Numbered from the stretch's first letter, positions 11,084 through 22,562 are shown. The stretch is 64,000 bases of DNA from Centroscyllium fabricii (GCA_051313645.2 JBNRSN020000012.1:52824001-52888000); one strand, 5' to 3'. A program made the numbers and translations. The notes: generated from the letters alone by a model not told the origin.

Positions 11084-13533
11084 TAGTTTGTTTAACAAAA
11101 GATTACGTTTCAGTCTAAGATTTAACCTTGGAAGACACGGTTGCTATGGTGAAATCTTCCAAAGCAGTTCGATTTGATTTGCGTAAATATGAAAACTAAT
11201 TTATCCCAGTCATAGTCTATATTTTTACAGTATTTTGGAAAGACATCTGAAGAAAGGACAGTAAGAAATATGACATAATTTACTGTGCAAGAATGTGCTA
11301 TTTTATTTTGTTCTGTGTGTTTAGTTAAAGTGTGAAAATATAACTGTCTTTTCCGATAGGGAATATTTTTTTAATTTACGTGAAGTTACGTGCTTACGTG
11401 GGACATGATTGTTTAGCTCCACCTTCTTAAAATAAAATCTGCAGAGAAGTTAACCCTTTCCAGACAGTTGTCCAAGTTCAACGAGCAACAACTTTAGTCT
11501 GACATTTAAAGATATTGGGCATTATTAAATTTAAGTTTCTTAATTTTAAGTTAATATTTCCCTACAGTGACAGAAGGAAAATTATGATTTGAGAATTGGA
11601 CTCAGGCACTATATATTGGGTTACTTTTGGGAAAATAAAGGATCCTCTAAAATAATGATAAATAAAAAGTGTTAATAACTTGGACCAAGTGAGAATGTTT
11701 GATATGTTTTCAATTTTAAACATTTTACTGGACAGTGAAGTTCCTCCTGGGCTCATGAATGGGATATGAATGATAATTAATGGGATGTGTAAAATGGAGA
11801 GAGGAAGTGATTGAGGGTGTGAGATAGAAACAGGAGAATTACAACACCAATTGAGAATTTTCCAAACTTTCTAGTGAAAGTCAGGAAAGTGTAGTTAAGA
11901 ATAGAAAATTGATAGCTTTCTCTTGGAGTCATTTGTGTCCCTGCCTTTAATGAACTTTTAAGAAAACTGAAGTTGATAGTCTGGCCACTATCCAAGACAT
12001 CGGGACCATGCAGAGGAAGATGAGCAAGATCTCCAGACGACTACAATCTTTTGATAAGATACCTGAAAGCCTGAGAAAGGCTTGTATCGGAGAACACGTG
12101 TGGCATGATATTGAGATATCGATATGAGTGTGCAAAGGTGATTAGTTACGTATGAGGCAATTACCATCAAGGAATGTATGGTGAATCTGCACTGATGAAC
12201 GGGTCTCAAACATGCTCAGTTACTTGACAGTAGCAAGACATGAAATGGTTAACGTGGCTCAGGAGAATGAGACAACCTTTAAAGCATTGATACATACTCC
12301 ATCGAGAAACTATCTAATTAATGAAACAATCAGAAGAGGGTTAAACACACTGGTACCTGTTAGAGGGATTGAAATTGAAGTTGAAGTAGAGAGTTACATG
12401 GAATCAGGATTAGGACAATTGAGGGCTAAGGAGAAATCAGATTAGCAAGATATATCCACAAGATGGATATGAATAAAAGAGAGACCTGGAGAATAATTTA
12501 AGTCCATGATTTGTTGATTAGATGTGAAACTGTAATGTCGCTTCAAAATGATTGTAAGACTGAATTTAACTGTGATTGTAATGATCGTGTATTTGATATT
12601 TGTAAACTATGTAGTAAGACTTTGATACATAAGCCAATTGGGTACTCATGCCCATGACGAACCAACACTAACAAAGGAATTGAGCACGCCGAAAGAGAAA
12701 ATCCGAAGCAATGTAGAGGAGACCCCAGGCGGGGTAACATCAGGAAAGATAAAAGAAACAGGATACCCCAGGCGGGGCAGAATTGGAATACCGGAACAGT
12801 GAATTGAATTTGATAGGGAGTGAATGTTGTAAGTATATCCCAGACAGTTCAGAAAATATAACTAACATTGTCAAACACATAAGAGATGCAGTGAGTCAGT
12901 ATGAGAATGCAAAAAGCCAAAGATTGGTTTGACTGGTTACTTGGAGGATGGCTAGGATCTATGGGACAAACAAACATTGTTACATGGACTGGCAATATTA
13001 GTTTATTAGTCACAATGGCCAAGTGCTGTTGCAACAGGCTAGGTAAGGCAGTCATTCCCGAAGGACGGATGTGACGTACAGGGGCAGGGGCGGGGTACAG
13101 GGTTTGGATGATCAGCCATGATCTCATTGAATGGCGGAGCAGGCTCGAAGGGCCGAATGGCCTACTCCTGCTCCTAGTTTCTATGTATCGTCAATCAAAC
13201 ACGAAAGACGAGTAGTTACCCAAACAACAGGCTTTTATTCACTTACAATGGAGCTAGTCTCCTGTCGAGTTCAAGGCGAGAATGAGCGGGGGCAGGGCAG
13301 CCCTCACCTATATGCTCCCACCTGAGGGGAGGAGTTAGAGGTGTGGCTGACCTGGCCTTGCATACAATGTACAGTGTCAAAGGTGAGAAGATCCATATAT
13401 ATACACTGGTAATACGGTTATTATATACACTGGTAATACGGTTACCCAATTCACCCCTTCTTTAAAAACAAGTCCGGCAGGGTGAACGAGACAAGAGAAT
13501 TTTATTTTTTTTAAATATGTCTGTTAGACGCAA

Positions 13534-16500
13534 TCAACACTGCGCTATTAGTCTCTCTGGCGGTCGCGTCTGCCTCGAAGACCGCCGGGGTGCCGGTAAC
13601 GGTGGTGGTGCCGGTTGCAGGGCCGGGACCGGGCTCTCAGGGACCGGCGGTGCGGTGTCCGATCCTGGGTCGTTGATCGGCGGTGTTGAGGGCCCCGGTG
13701 TGTGTATGTATGGGGGCCAGTATTCGGAGGGTGGTGGCTGGTCGGGCTGAGGCTCGACCGGGGGTTCTGCTCTAGTGCTCCCGGCGGGCGCCAGGTCCCT
13801 GAAGGAGACTGTGTCCTCGCGCCCGTCCGGGAATGTCACGTAAGCATACTGCGGGTTGGCGTGCAGCAGGTGCACCTGTTCCACCAGGGGGTCGGTCTTG
13901 TGGCCACGGACGTGTTTCCTAAGCAACACCGGCCCCTGCCCTGTGAGCCACAGCGGGAGTGCTGTCCCCGAAGTCGACTTCCTGGGGAAGGAAAATAAAA
14001 GGTCATGAGGTGTTGAATTAGTAGCAGTACACAACAGAGAGCGGGTGGCATGGAGCGCGTCTGGGAGGACCTCCTGCCAACGGGAGACTGGAAGGCCTCT
14101 GGACCTCAGGCCCAGGTTGACCGCCTTCCAGATGGTCCCGTTCTCCCTTTCTACCTGGCCATTCCCCCGGGGTTGTAACTGGTCGTTCTGCTTGAGGCAA
14201 CCCCTTTCTGAAGCAGAAACTGATGCAGTTCGTCGCTCATGAACGACGACCCCCGGTCGCTATGGATGTAGCTGGGGAGACTGAAAATGGCGAACAGCGT
14301 GGTGAAGTGTTTGATCACCGTTGCGCTCGTCATGTCTGGGCAGGGGAAGGCAAAGGGGAAGCGTGAGAACTCGTCTATGACCGTGAAGAAATACGAGTTG
14401 CGGTCAGTGGAGGGGAGGGGGCCTTTGAAGTCCACGCTCAGGTGTTCAAAGGGGCGGGTGGCCTTGATGACGTGTGCCGTGTCTGGCCTGTAAAATTGGG
14501 GTTTGCACTCGGCGCAGACAGGGCACTCTTTGGTCATAGCCTTTATCTCCGTGATGGAGCAGGGGAGGCTACGGGATTTGACGAAGTGGGCGAGTCTGGT
14601 GACACCCGGGTGGCAGAGGCGATCGTGGAGGGCCTTCAGCCGGTCCAGCTGGGCGCTGGCGCACGTTCCCCTGGACAGAGCGTCCGGGGGTTCGTTGAGT
14701 TTGCCTGGACGGTAAAGAATGTCGTACTCGTAAGTCGAGAGCTCGATCCACCACCGCAGGATCTTATCATTCTTGATCTTACCTCGTTGTTTATTATTAA
14801 AAATAAACGCTACCGACTGTTGGTCAGTGAGCAGGGTAAAACACTTACCGGCCAGGTAATGACGCCAGTAGCGCACTGCCTCCACGATGGCCTGGGCCTC
14901 CTTTTCCACTGCTGAGTGGCGAGTTTCGGGTCCCTGTAGGGTCCGGGAGAAAAACGCTACGGGCCTGCCTGCCTGATTCAGGGTGGCGGCCAGGGCGAAG
15001 TCCGAAGCGTCACTCTCCACCTGGAAAGGGATGGACTCATCAACGGCGTGCATGGTCGCCTTGATGATGTCTTCCTTAATCCAAGCGAATGCAGTTTAGG
15101 CTTCTTCCGAGAGGGGGAAGACGTCGGCCTTGAGGAGAGGTCTGGCCATATCTGCGTACTGGGGGACCCATTGCGCGTAATAAGAAAAGAACCCTAGACA
15201 TCTCCTCAGGGCTTTGGGGTTGTGAGGTAAGGGCAGCTCTTGCAGGGGGCGCATACGCTGTGGGTCGGGGCCGAGGACCCCGTTTTCCATCACGTATCCG
15301 AGAATAGCGAGCCGATCCGTACTAAAGACACACTTGTCTTTATTGTACGGGAGATCCAGCCGTTTCGCCGTGTGCAGGAATTTGGCGAGGTTGGCATCGT
15401 GGTCCTGCTGGTCATGGCCGCAGATGGTCACGTTGTCCAGGTAGGGGAAAGTGGCCTGCAACCCGTTCTGGTCAACCATACGGTCCATCTTCCTCTGGAA
15501 CACCGACACTCCGTTGGTCACGCCGAAGGGGACCCGGAGGAAGTGGTAGAGCCGGCCGTTCGCCTCGAAGGCAGTGTACTGGCGGTCGGATTTCCGGATG
15601 GGGAGTTGGTGATACGCCGACTTAAGGTCGATTGTGGAAAAGACCTTGTACTGGGCGATCTGGTTTACCATATCCGAGATGCGGGGGAGGGGGTAGGCGT
15701 CAAGCCCGGTGTAGCGGTTAATCGTCTGGCTATAGTCGATGACCATGCACAGTTTCTCGTCCGTCTTAACCACTACGACCTGGGCCCGCCAAGGGCTGGT
15801 GCTGGCCTCAATGATCCCTTCTTGCAGCATACGCCCGACTTCCGACCTGATAAACGCCCGGTCCCCTGCACTGTAACGCCGGCTTTTAGTAGCAATGGGC
15901 TTGCATTTGGGGTCGAGGTTGGCGAACAGTGAGGGGGGGTCGACTTTAAATGTGTACAGGCCGCAAGTCGAGCTCCGCTTTAAGTAGGGATTGTCCCGGC
16001 TACTGACGGTGAGGGGGGCCAGGGTTCCACCGAAATCCATCGTCACGCTCTTCAGGTGGCACTGGAAATCCAGTCCCAGTAAGACTGGGGCGCACAACTG
16101 CTGGAGGATGTACAACTTGAAGTTGCGGTAAATGCAGTCCCTGATCGTGAGCGCGATGCTGCAGTAGCCGGTGACGTCCGCCGTGTGGGACTTTGAGGCA
16201 AGGGAGATTTGGTAGTGCGTGGGTTGGGTCCGCAGTGCGTAGCGCCGCACTGTGTTGGGGTGTATAAAGCTCTCTGTGCTACCAGTGTTGAACAGGCAGT
16301 TAGTGACGTGCCCGTCCACCTTAATCCCGATCATGGAGTTGGACAAGGTGTGCGGCCTAGCCTGATCGACAGTGGCTGAGGCCGAGGTGTATGTGTGTGA
16401 GTGGGGACCCTCCGCTGGCTGGGGCCCCGGCCGGGGCAGTTGGCAAGATGGCCGCTTGTAAGATGGCGGCGCTGGCAATGCGCTCGAGTCCGGCTGCTGT

Positions 16501-16710
16501 GGACAAGATGGCGGCGCCCATGGTTCGCACGCGGCTCGTCGCTGAGGATAAAATGGCGGCGCCCGTGGTTCGCACGCGGCCGACCGCGGTGGATAAGATG
16601 GCGGCGCCCATGGTTCGCACGCAGCCGACCGCGGTGGATAAGATGGCGGCGCCCGTGGTTCGCACGCGGCCGACCGCGGTGGACAAGATGGCGGCACCAG
16701 GGGGTCGCAC
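13534..16710 (-). pseudogene. pol: Gypsy A pol (protease, RT with YLDN, RNase H, integrase), disrupted
   Basis: LFNTGS, SPWRAQVVVV, PFGVTNG, YLDNVTICG, ESDAS, HPG..CPVC, VDFKG/SDRG; stop at 15096 and frameshift near 14165. Confidence 0.93.
16456..16710 (+). repeat. 45-bp tandem repeat (about 5-6 units) in the gag-pol linker of Gypsy A
   Basis: Units start at 16501, 16546, 16591, 16636 and 16681; each has AA(G/A)ATGGCGGC; encodes PPSYPPRSAACEP(R/W)A. Confidence 0.92.
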
Positions 16711-16735
16711 ATGGCCTCAATGATCCCTTCTTGCA

Positions 16736-17470
16736 CGTCTTCGCGTAGTGCCCCTTCTTCGCGCACCGCTCGCAGGTCGCGTTCCTCGTGGGGCACTGCG
16801 CCCGCGGGCGCTTCCCTTAGCCGCAGAAGTAGCATCTGTGCCCCGCCGGTGTCTTCGCAGCCGCCGCTGCCATCGTGGGGGTCTCGGCCTGTCGCGGTGT
16901 CGCCCATGGGTCAGGGGTATCGTGTGGGCCGTGGTCTCTGTACGCCTCCAGCTTTCGAAGCGCTCCGTCTACCGCATTAGAAAGAGTTATTGCGGACTCG
17001 AGCAACAGTGTGTCCTGCTCCAGCAGCCACTGGCGGGCCTGGTTGGACCTGAGTCCAGCCACATATGCATCCCGGATTCGGAGGTTCGCTTCTTCCTCCG
17101 CCATCCTTGGCTGGCAGTCGCAGGCCCGTGCGAGGGCTTGAAGCGCTAGTAAGAACTGTTCATTGGACTCACCGAGTCGTTGTCGTCTGGTCGCCAGAAC
17201 ATGCCTGGCATAGACCGAGTGGGCCGGGCGCATGTAGCAGTCCTTTAGTTTCTTCACCGCTTCCCCGTATGTCTTGAGGCCGCGGATAAAGGAATAGACC
17301 CGGCCGCTGATCCGCGATGAGAGTACCTGGAGTTTGTCCTCATCACTTGTAGCCTTTACGGCCTTCATGTAGGCCTCGACTAGGCCGAACCAGTGTTCGA
17401 AGTTGTTAGCAGCATCGGGTGCCTGAGGATTGATGTCGAGGCGATCCGGTTTTGCTGCGTTACTCTCCAT
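16736..17470 (-). pseudogene. gag: Gypsy A gag (premature stop at 16817-16819 within the zinc-knuckle region)
   Basis: MESNAAKPDRLDINP...CYFCG*, read-through continues CERCAKKGHYAKTC. Confidence 0.88.
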
Positions 17471-17892
17471 GTTTTAAAATTTAAGTGAATAAAATTGACG
17501 TATCATCAATCAAACACGGAAGACGAGTAGTTACCCAAACTACAGGCTTTTATTCACTTACAATGGAGCTAGTCTCCTGTCGAGTTCAAGGCGAGAATGA
17601 GCGGGGGCAGGGCAGTCCTCACATATATGCTCCCACCTGAGGGGAGGAGTTAGAGGTGTGGCTGACCTGGCCTTGCATACAATGTACAGTGTCAAAGGTG
17701 AGCACATCCATATATATACACTGGTAATACGGTTACTATATACACTGGTAATACGGTTACCACAGGATGTTTGTACAGAAAGAAGTAAGCAAGGAAGAGG
17801 AACAGGATAGGCTCTTTTGGGAAGAGTTAAGACGATTGGATAGGATAAGATTCTAAGGATTAGTTTGTCCTAGATAGGACAAAATGGGGGAA

Positions 17893-18584
17893 TGTAGAAG
17901 TATATATATATTCACCAATATAAAAGCATACTCTCTTTAGTATAGAGCACAAGCAGTTAACTTTAAAGTGGAGCCTGGAACTTCAACAGGGTCAAATGTT
18001 TGGATACAAAATGGCTTTGCAAAGCACAGGATGAAAGGAAACAGACAGATCCATATTAGGAGTTGTTTGGAGGAAGATGCTGATGAATCTTTAGGTTCAC
18101 AAGCCATGCAGTTCCAAAACAGACAGCTCAGCAGAACAAAGAATAATAACTGAAGGACAGATTAACTGTAAACATCTTCAGAACCAAAATGAGAGACAAA
18201 TTGTCTCCACTGTATAAGATTAGTTGGCCTTATCTGAAGGTATTTCTGTGTCATGACTTTTGGTCATCTGCAGGCTAACGTTATCTTAGAATATTCATGC
18301 TCTGCTGACCCTTACTCATTTTTGTATTGACCTTAAGCATTCCTTACTCATTTCTGTCTTTTGTTTTATTCCGTTAGTAAATGTGTCTCAATACCATGTC
18401 ACATGATAGAAAGCTTTGATCTTTTTGTATAAGACCACTGATTCTTGACCATGTATTGGGAGCAGCCAGCATAGCCTTTTTGACTATGTGGTCTCCCCTT
18501 GCTAGCAAGCTGCTGCTAATAAATTTATACTTTGACGATAAGTTTGTCTCAGAGTCTTACTTTTGAACGGTCGAAACTTCGACA
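17893..18584 (+). repeat. ERV 3' LTR (about 690 bp)
   Basis: Follows the PPT; TG...CA ends with 8/9 inverted match; AATAAA near 18518; first 12 nt identical to 9901-9912. Confidence 0.8.
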
Positions 18585-18990
18585 ATAGATAGGATAATAC
18601 CATAGGTAACAATAGAGAGATGGCAGAAATATTAAATAATTATTTCACTTCAGTATTTACCAAGAAGATAGTAAAGGTGGACATGGCATTGGATGATCAG
18701 ATTAGTAATGCGATAAGTGCATTTAAAATAAAAACAGGATATATTAAATAAACTAATCAAATTCAAGAGGATAAAACCCCTGGTCCGGATGGATTGCAGC
18801 TATGCATTTTAAAAGAATCTAGGGAAGAGATAGCAGACACATTGCTATTCATATTTAATAATTTGTTAGAAAAAGGTGTAGTGTCAGAGGACTGGTGGGT
18901 AGCTAACGTAATACCGATATTTAAGAAGGGGGATAGATCTTGTCCAGGGAATTATAGACCAGTCAGCTTAACATCGGTGGCAGGAAAAAT

Positions 18991-19205
18991 AATGTAAGAA
19001 GTCACACAACACCAGGTTATAGTCCAACAGTTTTATTTGAAATCACAAGCTTTCGGAGCGCTGCTCCTTCGTCAGGTGAAGTTCACCTGAGGAAGGAGCA
19101 GCGCTCCGAAAGCTTGTGATTTCAAATAAAACTGTTGGGCTATAACCTGGTGTTATGTGACTTCTTACATTTGTCCACCCCAGTCCAACACCGGCACCTC
19201 CACAT
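18991..19205. mobile_element. Penelope-derived inverted pseudo-LTR palindrome
   Basis: Arms of about 90 bp centred on 19081; same sequence as Penelope tails at 35515-35600 and 52985-53070; CAGGAAAAATAATG duplicated at 18981-18994 and 19206-19219. Confidence 0.88.
19083..19119 (+). ncRNA. Minimal type I hammerhead ribozyme motif (mirror copy on minus strand 19043-19079)
   Basis: TCAC-CTGAGGA-A-GGAGC/agc/GCTCC-GAAA-GCTT-GTGA: stem I, core, stem II and palindromic minimal stem III. Confidence 0.7.
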
Positions 19206-19279
19206 CAGGAAAAATAATGGAATCCCTACTAAAGGAGAAAGTAGAGAACATCTAGAAAACAATGATAATAATGAATCAC

Positions 19280-19972
19280 AAAAAAGAAAATATTGCAGAT
19301 GCTGGAAATCTGAAATAAAAACAGAAAATGTTGGTGATTCTCAGCAGGTCAGGCAGCATCTGTGAAGAGAGAAACAGAGTTAACGTTTCAGGTCGATGAC
19401 CTTTCGTCAGAACTGGCAAAAAGCAGGAAATGGAACAGAGTTTTAAGCACGTTTGGGGCTGGGAAATGGGGGAGGGGATGAAAGAACAAAAGGGAAGGTC
19501 TGTGATAGGATGGAAGGCTGGAGAGATTAAGAGACATTAAGAGATATTCAAGGCAAAAGGAGATGGTAATGGGACAGGTTAAGAAACAAAGGATGGCTCG
19601 AGATGAAGTGTAAATTGTGCTGGCAGAATGGAAGACAGCTGCCATGTGGGAGAGAAAAAAAGTGTGGAAAAAAATATATATATGATGGGGGCAGAGGTTC
19701 TGATCTGAAATTGTTGAACTCTTATGTTGAGTCCAGAAGGCTGTAAAGTGCCTAATCGGAAGATGAGGTTCTGTTCCTCGAGCTTACGCTGAGCTTCCGT
19801 GGAACAATGCAAGAGGCCGAGGACAGTGAGGTCTGAGTGGGAGTGAAGCGGAGAATTAAAGTGACAGGCGACCGGGAGCTTGGGGTCCCCTTATGGACTG
19901 AACAGAGGTGTTCCGTAAAGCGGTCACCCAATCTGTGTTTGGTCTCCCCAATGTAGAGGAGACCGCATCATG
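19280..19972 (-). mobile_element. Penelope-like 3' fragment (GIY-YIG C-terminus plus tail)
   Basis: Minus strand YIGETKHRLGDRFTEHL...QRKLEEQNLIFRLGTLQPSGLN; tail with hammerhead core at 19378-19414. Confidence 0.8.
19378..19414 (-). ncRNA. Minimal hammerhead ribozyme motif
   Basis: Minus strand AGTT-CTGACGA-A-AGGTC/atc/GACCT-GAAA-CGTT-AACT. Confidence 0.7.
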
Positions 19973-20781
19973 ATGACTATAATAATGAATAGTCAGCATG
20001 GATTTCAAAAGGGAAAGTCTTGCTTGACTAACCTTATTGAATTTTTTGAAGAGGTGACAGTAGACAATGGTAATGCAGTAGATGGAATTTACCTGGATTT
20101 TCAAAGGTTCTTCGATAAGGTAACCCACAATAGACTGATGGGTCAGAGAATGCGGAGTTGGGGACAAGCAGCAGAATGGATTGCTGGCTGGCTTCAGAAC
20201 AGAAAGCAGAGAACAGGAGTAAAGGTAGCTATTCAGTGGCAGAAGGTGGGTAGTGGTGTTCCACAAGGATCAGCGCTGGGACCACCGTTGTTCACAATTT
20301 ACAAACACAATTTCTAAATTTGCATATGACACCAAATTGGGGGAGATAGTCAATACTGAGGAGGACTGCAACAAATTACAGGAGGACATTAATAAACTTG
20401 CAGAATGGGCATATAATTGGCAAATGAAGTTCAACACAGATAAATGTGAGGTATTACATTTTGGTAGGAAGAATAGGGAGGTCACTTATTATTTGGAGGG
20501 TGCGAGTCTGGGTGGGGTGGAGGAGCAAAGGGATCTCAGAATACAAATACACAAATCACTAAAAGTTGTGCCACAAGTTAGCAAGGCCATTAAAAAAAGC
20601 AAACCAAGCACTAGTGTGTATTTCTAAAGGTATAGAATTGAAAAGTAGGGAATTTATGCTAAACCTGTATCGAACCTTGGTTAGACCACACTTGGAGTAC
20701 TGCGTACAGTTCTGGTCGCCATATTATAAAAAGGATATAGAGGCACTGGAGAGGGTGCAGAGAAGATTTACAAGGATGATA

Positions 20782-21145
20782 CAGGTTGAGCACTGGTAAT
20801 CCGGCACCTGGTAATCCGGCACCCGATAATCCGGCACCTTCAGTGGTCCGGCACGAATTGAAACCTTTAGTTTGCGGAACAGCCGCTCAGCGGCACCGTT
20901 TCCAGTGATATAAACAAACATTGTATTGTGTTTATACTGTATGCTTTATCTACTTCTTTCCAGTTATTTCTAGTGCAGTAAACTGATGCAGTTTCAATGA
21001 AGGGTGGGCTAGCGCCGAAGGCGTCAGGCCTTTGGGTTATACCTAATACGTATTGTTATTTTACCTAACCTTCAGTGGTTCAGAATTTTCAATGGTCCGG
21101 CACCGGCCTGGTCCAGAGGGTGCCGGATTACCAGTGCTCAACCTG
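20782..21145. mobile_element. Tigger/pogo-like MITE, copy C
   Basis: TA TSD; TIRs CAGGTTGAGCACTGGTAATCCGGCACC...GGTGCCGGATTACCAGTGCTCAACCTG; subterminal TAATCCGGCACC three times; splits the CR1 at RFTRMI/PEMQ. Confidence 0.92.
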
Positions 21146-22257
21146 TACCAGAAATGCAAAGGTATACATATCAGGAAAGGGTGAACAGGCTGGGTCTCTT
21201 TTCTCTTGAAAAAAAGCTGAGGGGTGACCGAATAGAGATCGTTAAAATTATGAAAAATGTTGATAGAGTGGATAGAGAGAGAATGTTTCCACTTGTGGGG
21301 AAGAGCATAGCTAGAAGCCATCAATATAAGATAGTCACCAAGAAATCCAATAGGGAATTCAGAAGAAACTTCTTTACCCAAAGAGTAGTGAGAATGTGGA
21401 ACTTGTTACCACAGGGAATGTTTGAAGCGAATAGTTTAGATGCATTTAAGAGGAGGCAGACAAGCTTATGAGGGAGAAGCGAATAGAGGGTTATACTGAT
21501 AGAGTTAGATGAGGAAAGATGGGAGGAGGCTCGTGTGGAGTATAAACGCTGGCACGGACTGGTTGGGCCAAATGACCTGTTTCTGTGCCGTATATCCTAT
21601 GTAATCTATAAAAAATGTAATTAGCCTTTTGGAAAGTCAGAACTATGGTAAGGTAGTTGTGGAGTTATTTGGATGCTGCTACTCGTCATTTTTGAGTGGA
21701 AGATTACAATACAGTGCAATAGGTTACTGGTAGGCAGTGTTTGATACACCACTCATCAATTTCACGTCACTGTCCGTAGAGACATAGAGACAAAACATGT
21801 GATAACATGAAAGTAACAGAGCATTTCAAATTAAGCGCACAACGGGGAAATCAGCCAAAATGGTTGCAATATGGGATTAAACATCACCATGCAATCAGTA
21901 AAAAACAAATAGCTTCTAAATCACTGCTCTTGAGCTGCACCATCTGAAACATTGAAGTTTTTGCAAAGTTTCCAGAATTGTTAAAAAGAGAGGAAAATCT
22001 TTCTGCCACAAACACAAGACACAGCCGTTTTGCTTATTGCTCGGCGGCAGAGAAATGGGGGGGGGGGGGTGGGGAGAAAGACAGAGAGACACAGAGAGAC
22101 AGACAGGCACCGATGTGGCGGACTCCTAATTGCCCTCTGAAATGGCCTAGCAAATCACTCAGTTGTTCAGAAGGTGGCTCACCAAGGGCAATTAGGGATA
22201 GGCAATAAATACTGGCTTTCACAGCGATGCCCACACCCAATGAATAAAAAAAAGTTG

Positions 22258-22562
22258 CAATGTGTGAGGCACCTGCATTTCACCAAGGAGGCTGTCACGG
22301 AGCTATGCCAGCTGCTGTAGCCACAACTGGAGACCCACACGAGGGTATGGACAACTGGCTGTGGCTGTCAAGGTCACCATGGTCCTTACCTTTCACATCA
22401 CGGGATTGTTTCAGGCTGCAGCAAGTGATATCAGAGGCATCTCACAGTTTACTGTGCACCATTGTATCAGGGAGGTGACCGAGGATCTCTACGCAAGGAT
22501 GAACAGATATGTCATATCCTCCATGGACGGAGCAAAGTAGGGCAAGAGAGCACTGGGCCTGC
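22258..22562 (+). pseudogene. PIF/Harbinger transposase fragment (HTH region)
   Basis: Broken translation HFTKEAVTELCQLL...LAVAVKVTMVLTF..TGLFQAAASDIRGISQFTVHHCIREVTEDL. Confidence 0.65.

Larger units (their letters stand above)
13072..17764 (-). mobile_element. Gypsy LTR retrotransposon A (full length, defective)
   Basis: LTRs 17496-17764 and 13072-13449 (latter holds a SINE/CR1 tail at about 13079-13185), about 9 differences; 5-bp TSD GGATG (13067-13071 / 17765-17769); gag-PR-RT-RH-IN order. Confidence 0.95.
12810..17856 (+). pseudogene. env: Retroviral env transmembrane-subunit remnant (12810-13071 joined to 17770-17856)
   Basis: LIGSECCKYIPDSSENITNIVKHIRD, a frameshift, DWFDWLLGGWLG...KCCCNRLGKAVIPEGRM, resuming in frame after the Gypsy insertion as FVQKEVSKEEEQDRLFWEELRRLDRIRF*. 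Confidence 0.75.
9901..18584 (+). mobile_element. Internally deleted endogenous retrovirus (class I-like, gamma-type env remnant)
   Basis: 4-bp TSD ATAG (9897-9900 / 18585-18588); termini TGTAGAAGT...ACTTCGACA; PPT AAAATGGGGGAA before the 3' LTR; MGASQSK start at 10259; env TM remnant; no pol; only 12 nt of the 5' LTR remain. Confidence 0.8.
9820..21605 (+). mobile_element. Host CR1 LINE (ORF2) split by ERV, Penelope and MITE insertions
   Basis: Removing 9901-18584 rejoins GPLRDR*DNTIGNNREMAEILNNYFTSVFT; continues IFKKGDRSCPGNYRPVSLTS, QHGFQKGKSCLTNL, KFAYDTKLG to a 3' tail near 21600. Confidence 0.85.

Noticed and set aside
15240-15932. Long antisense ORFs over Gypsy pol (also 42285-43472 and 43927-44247)
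   Set aside because: Expected shadow frames of GC-rich coding sequence; boundaries are not shared between elements A and B.
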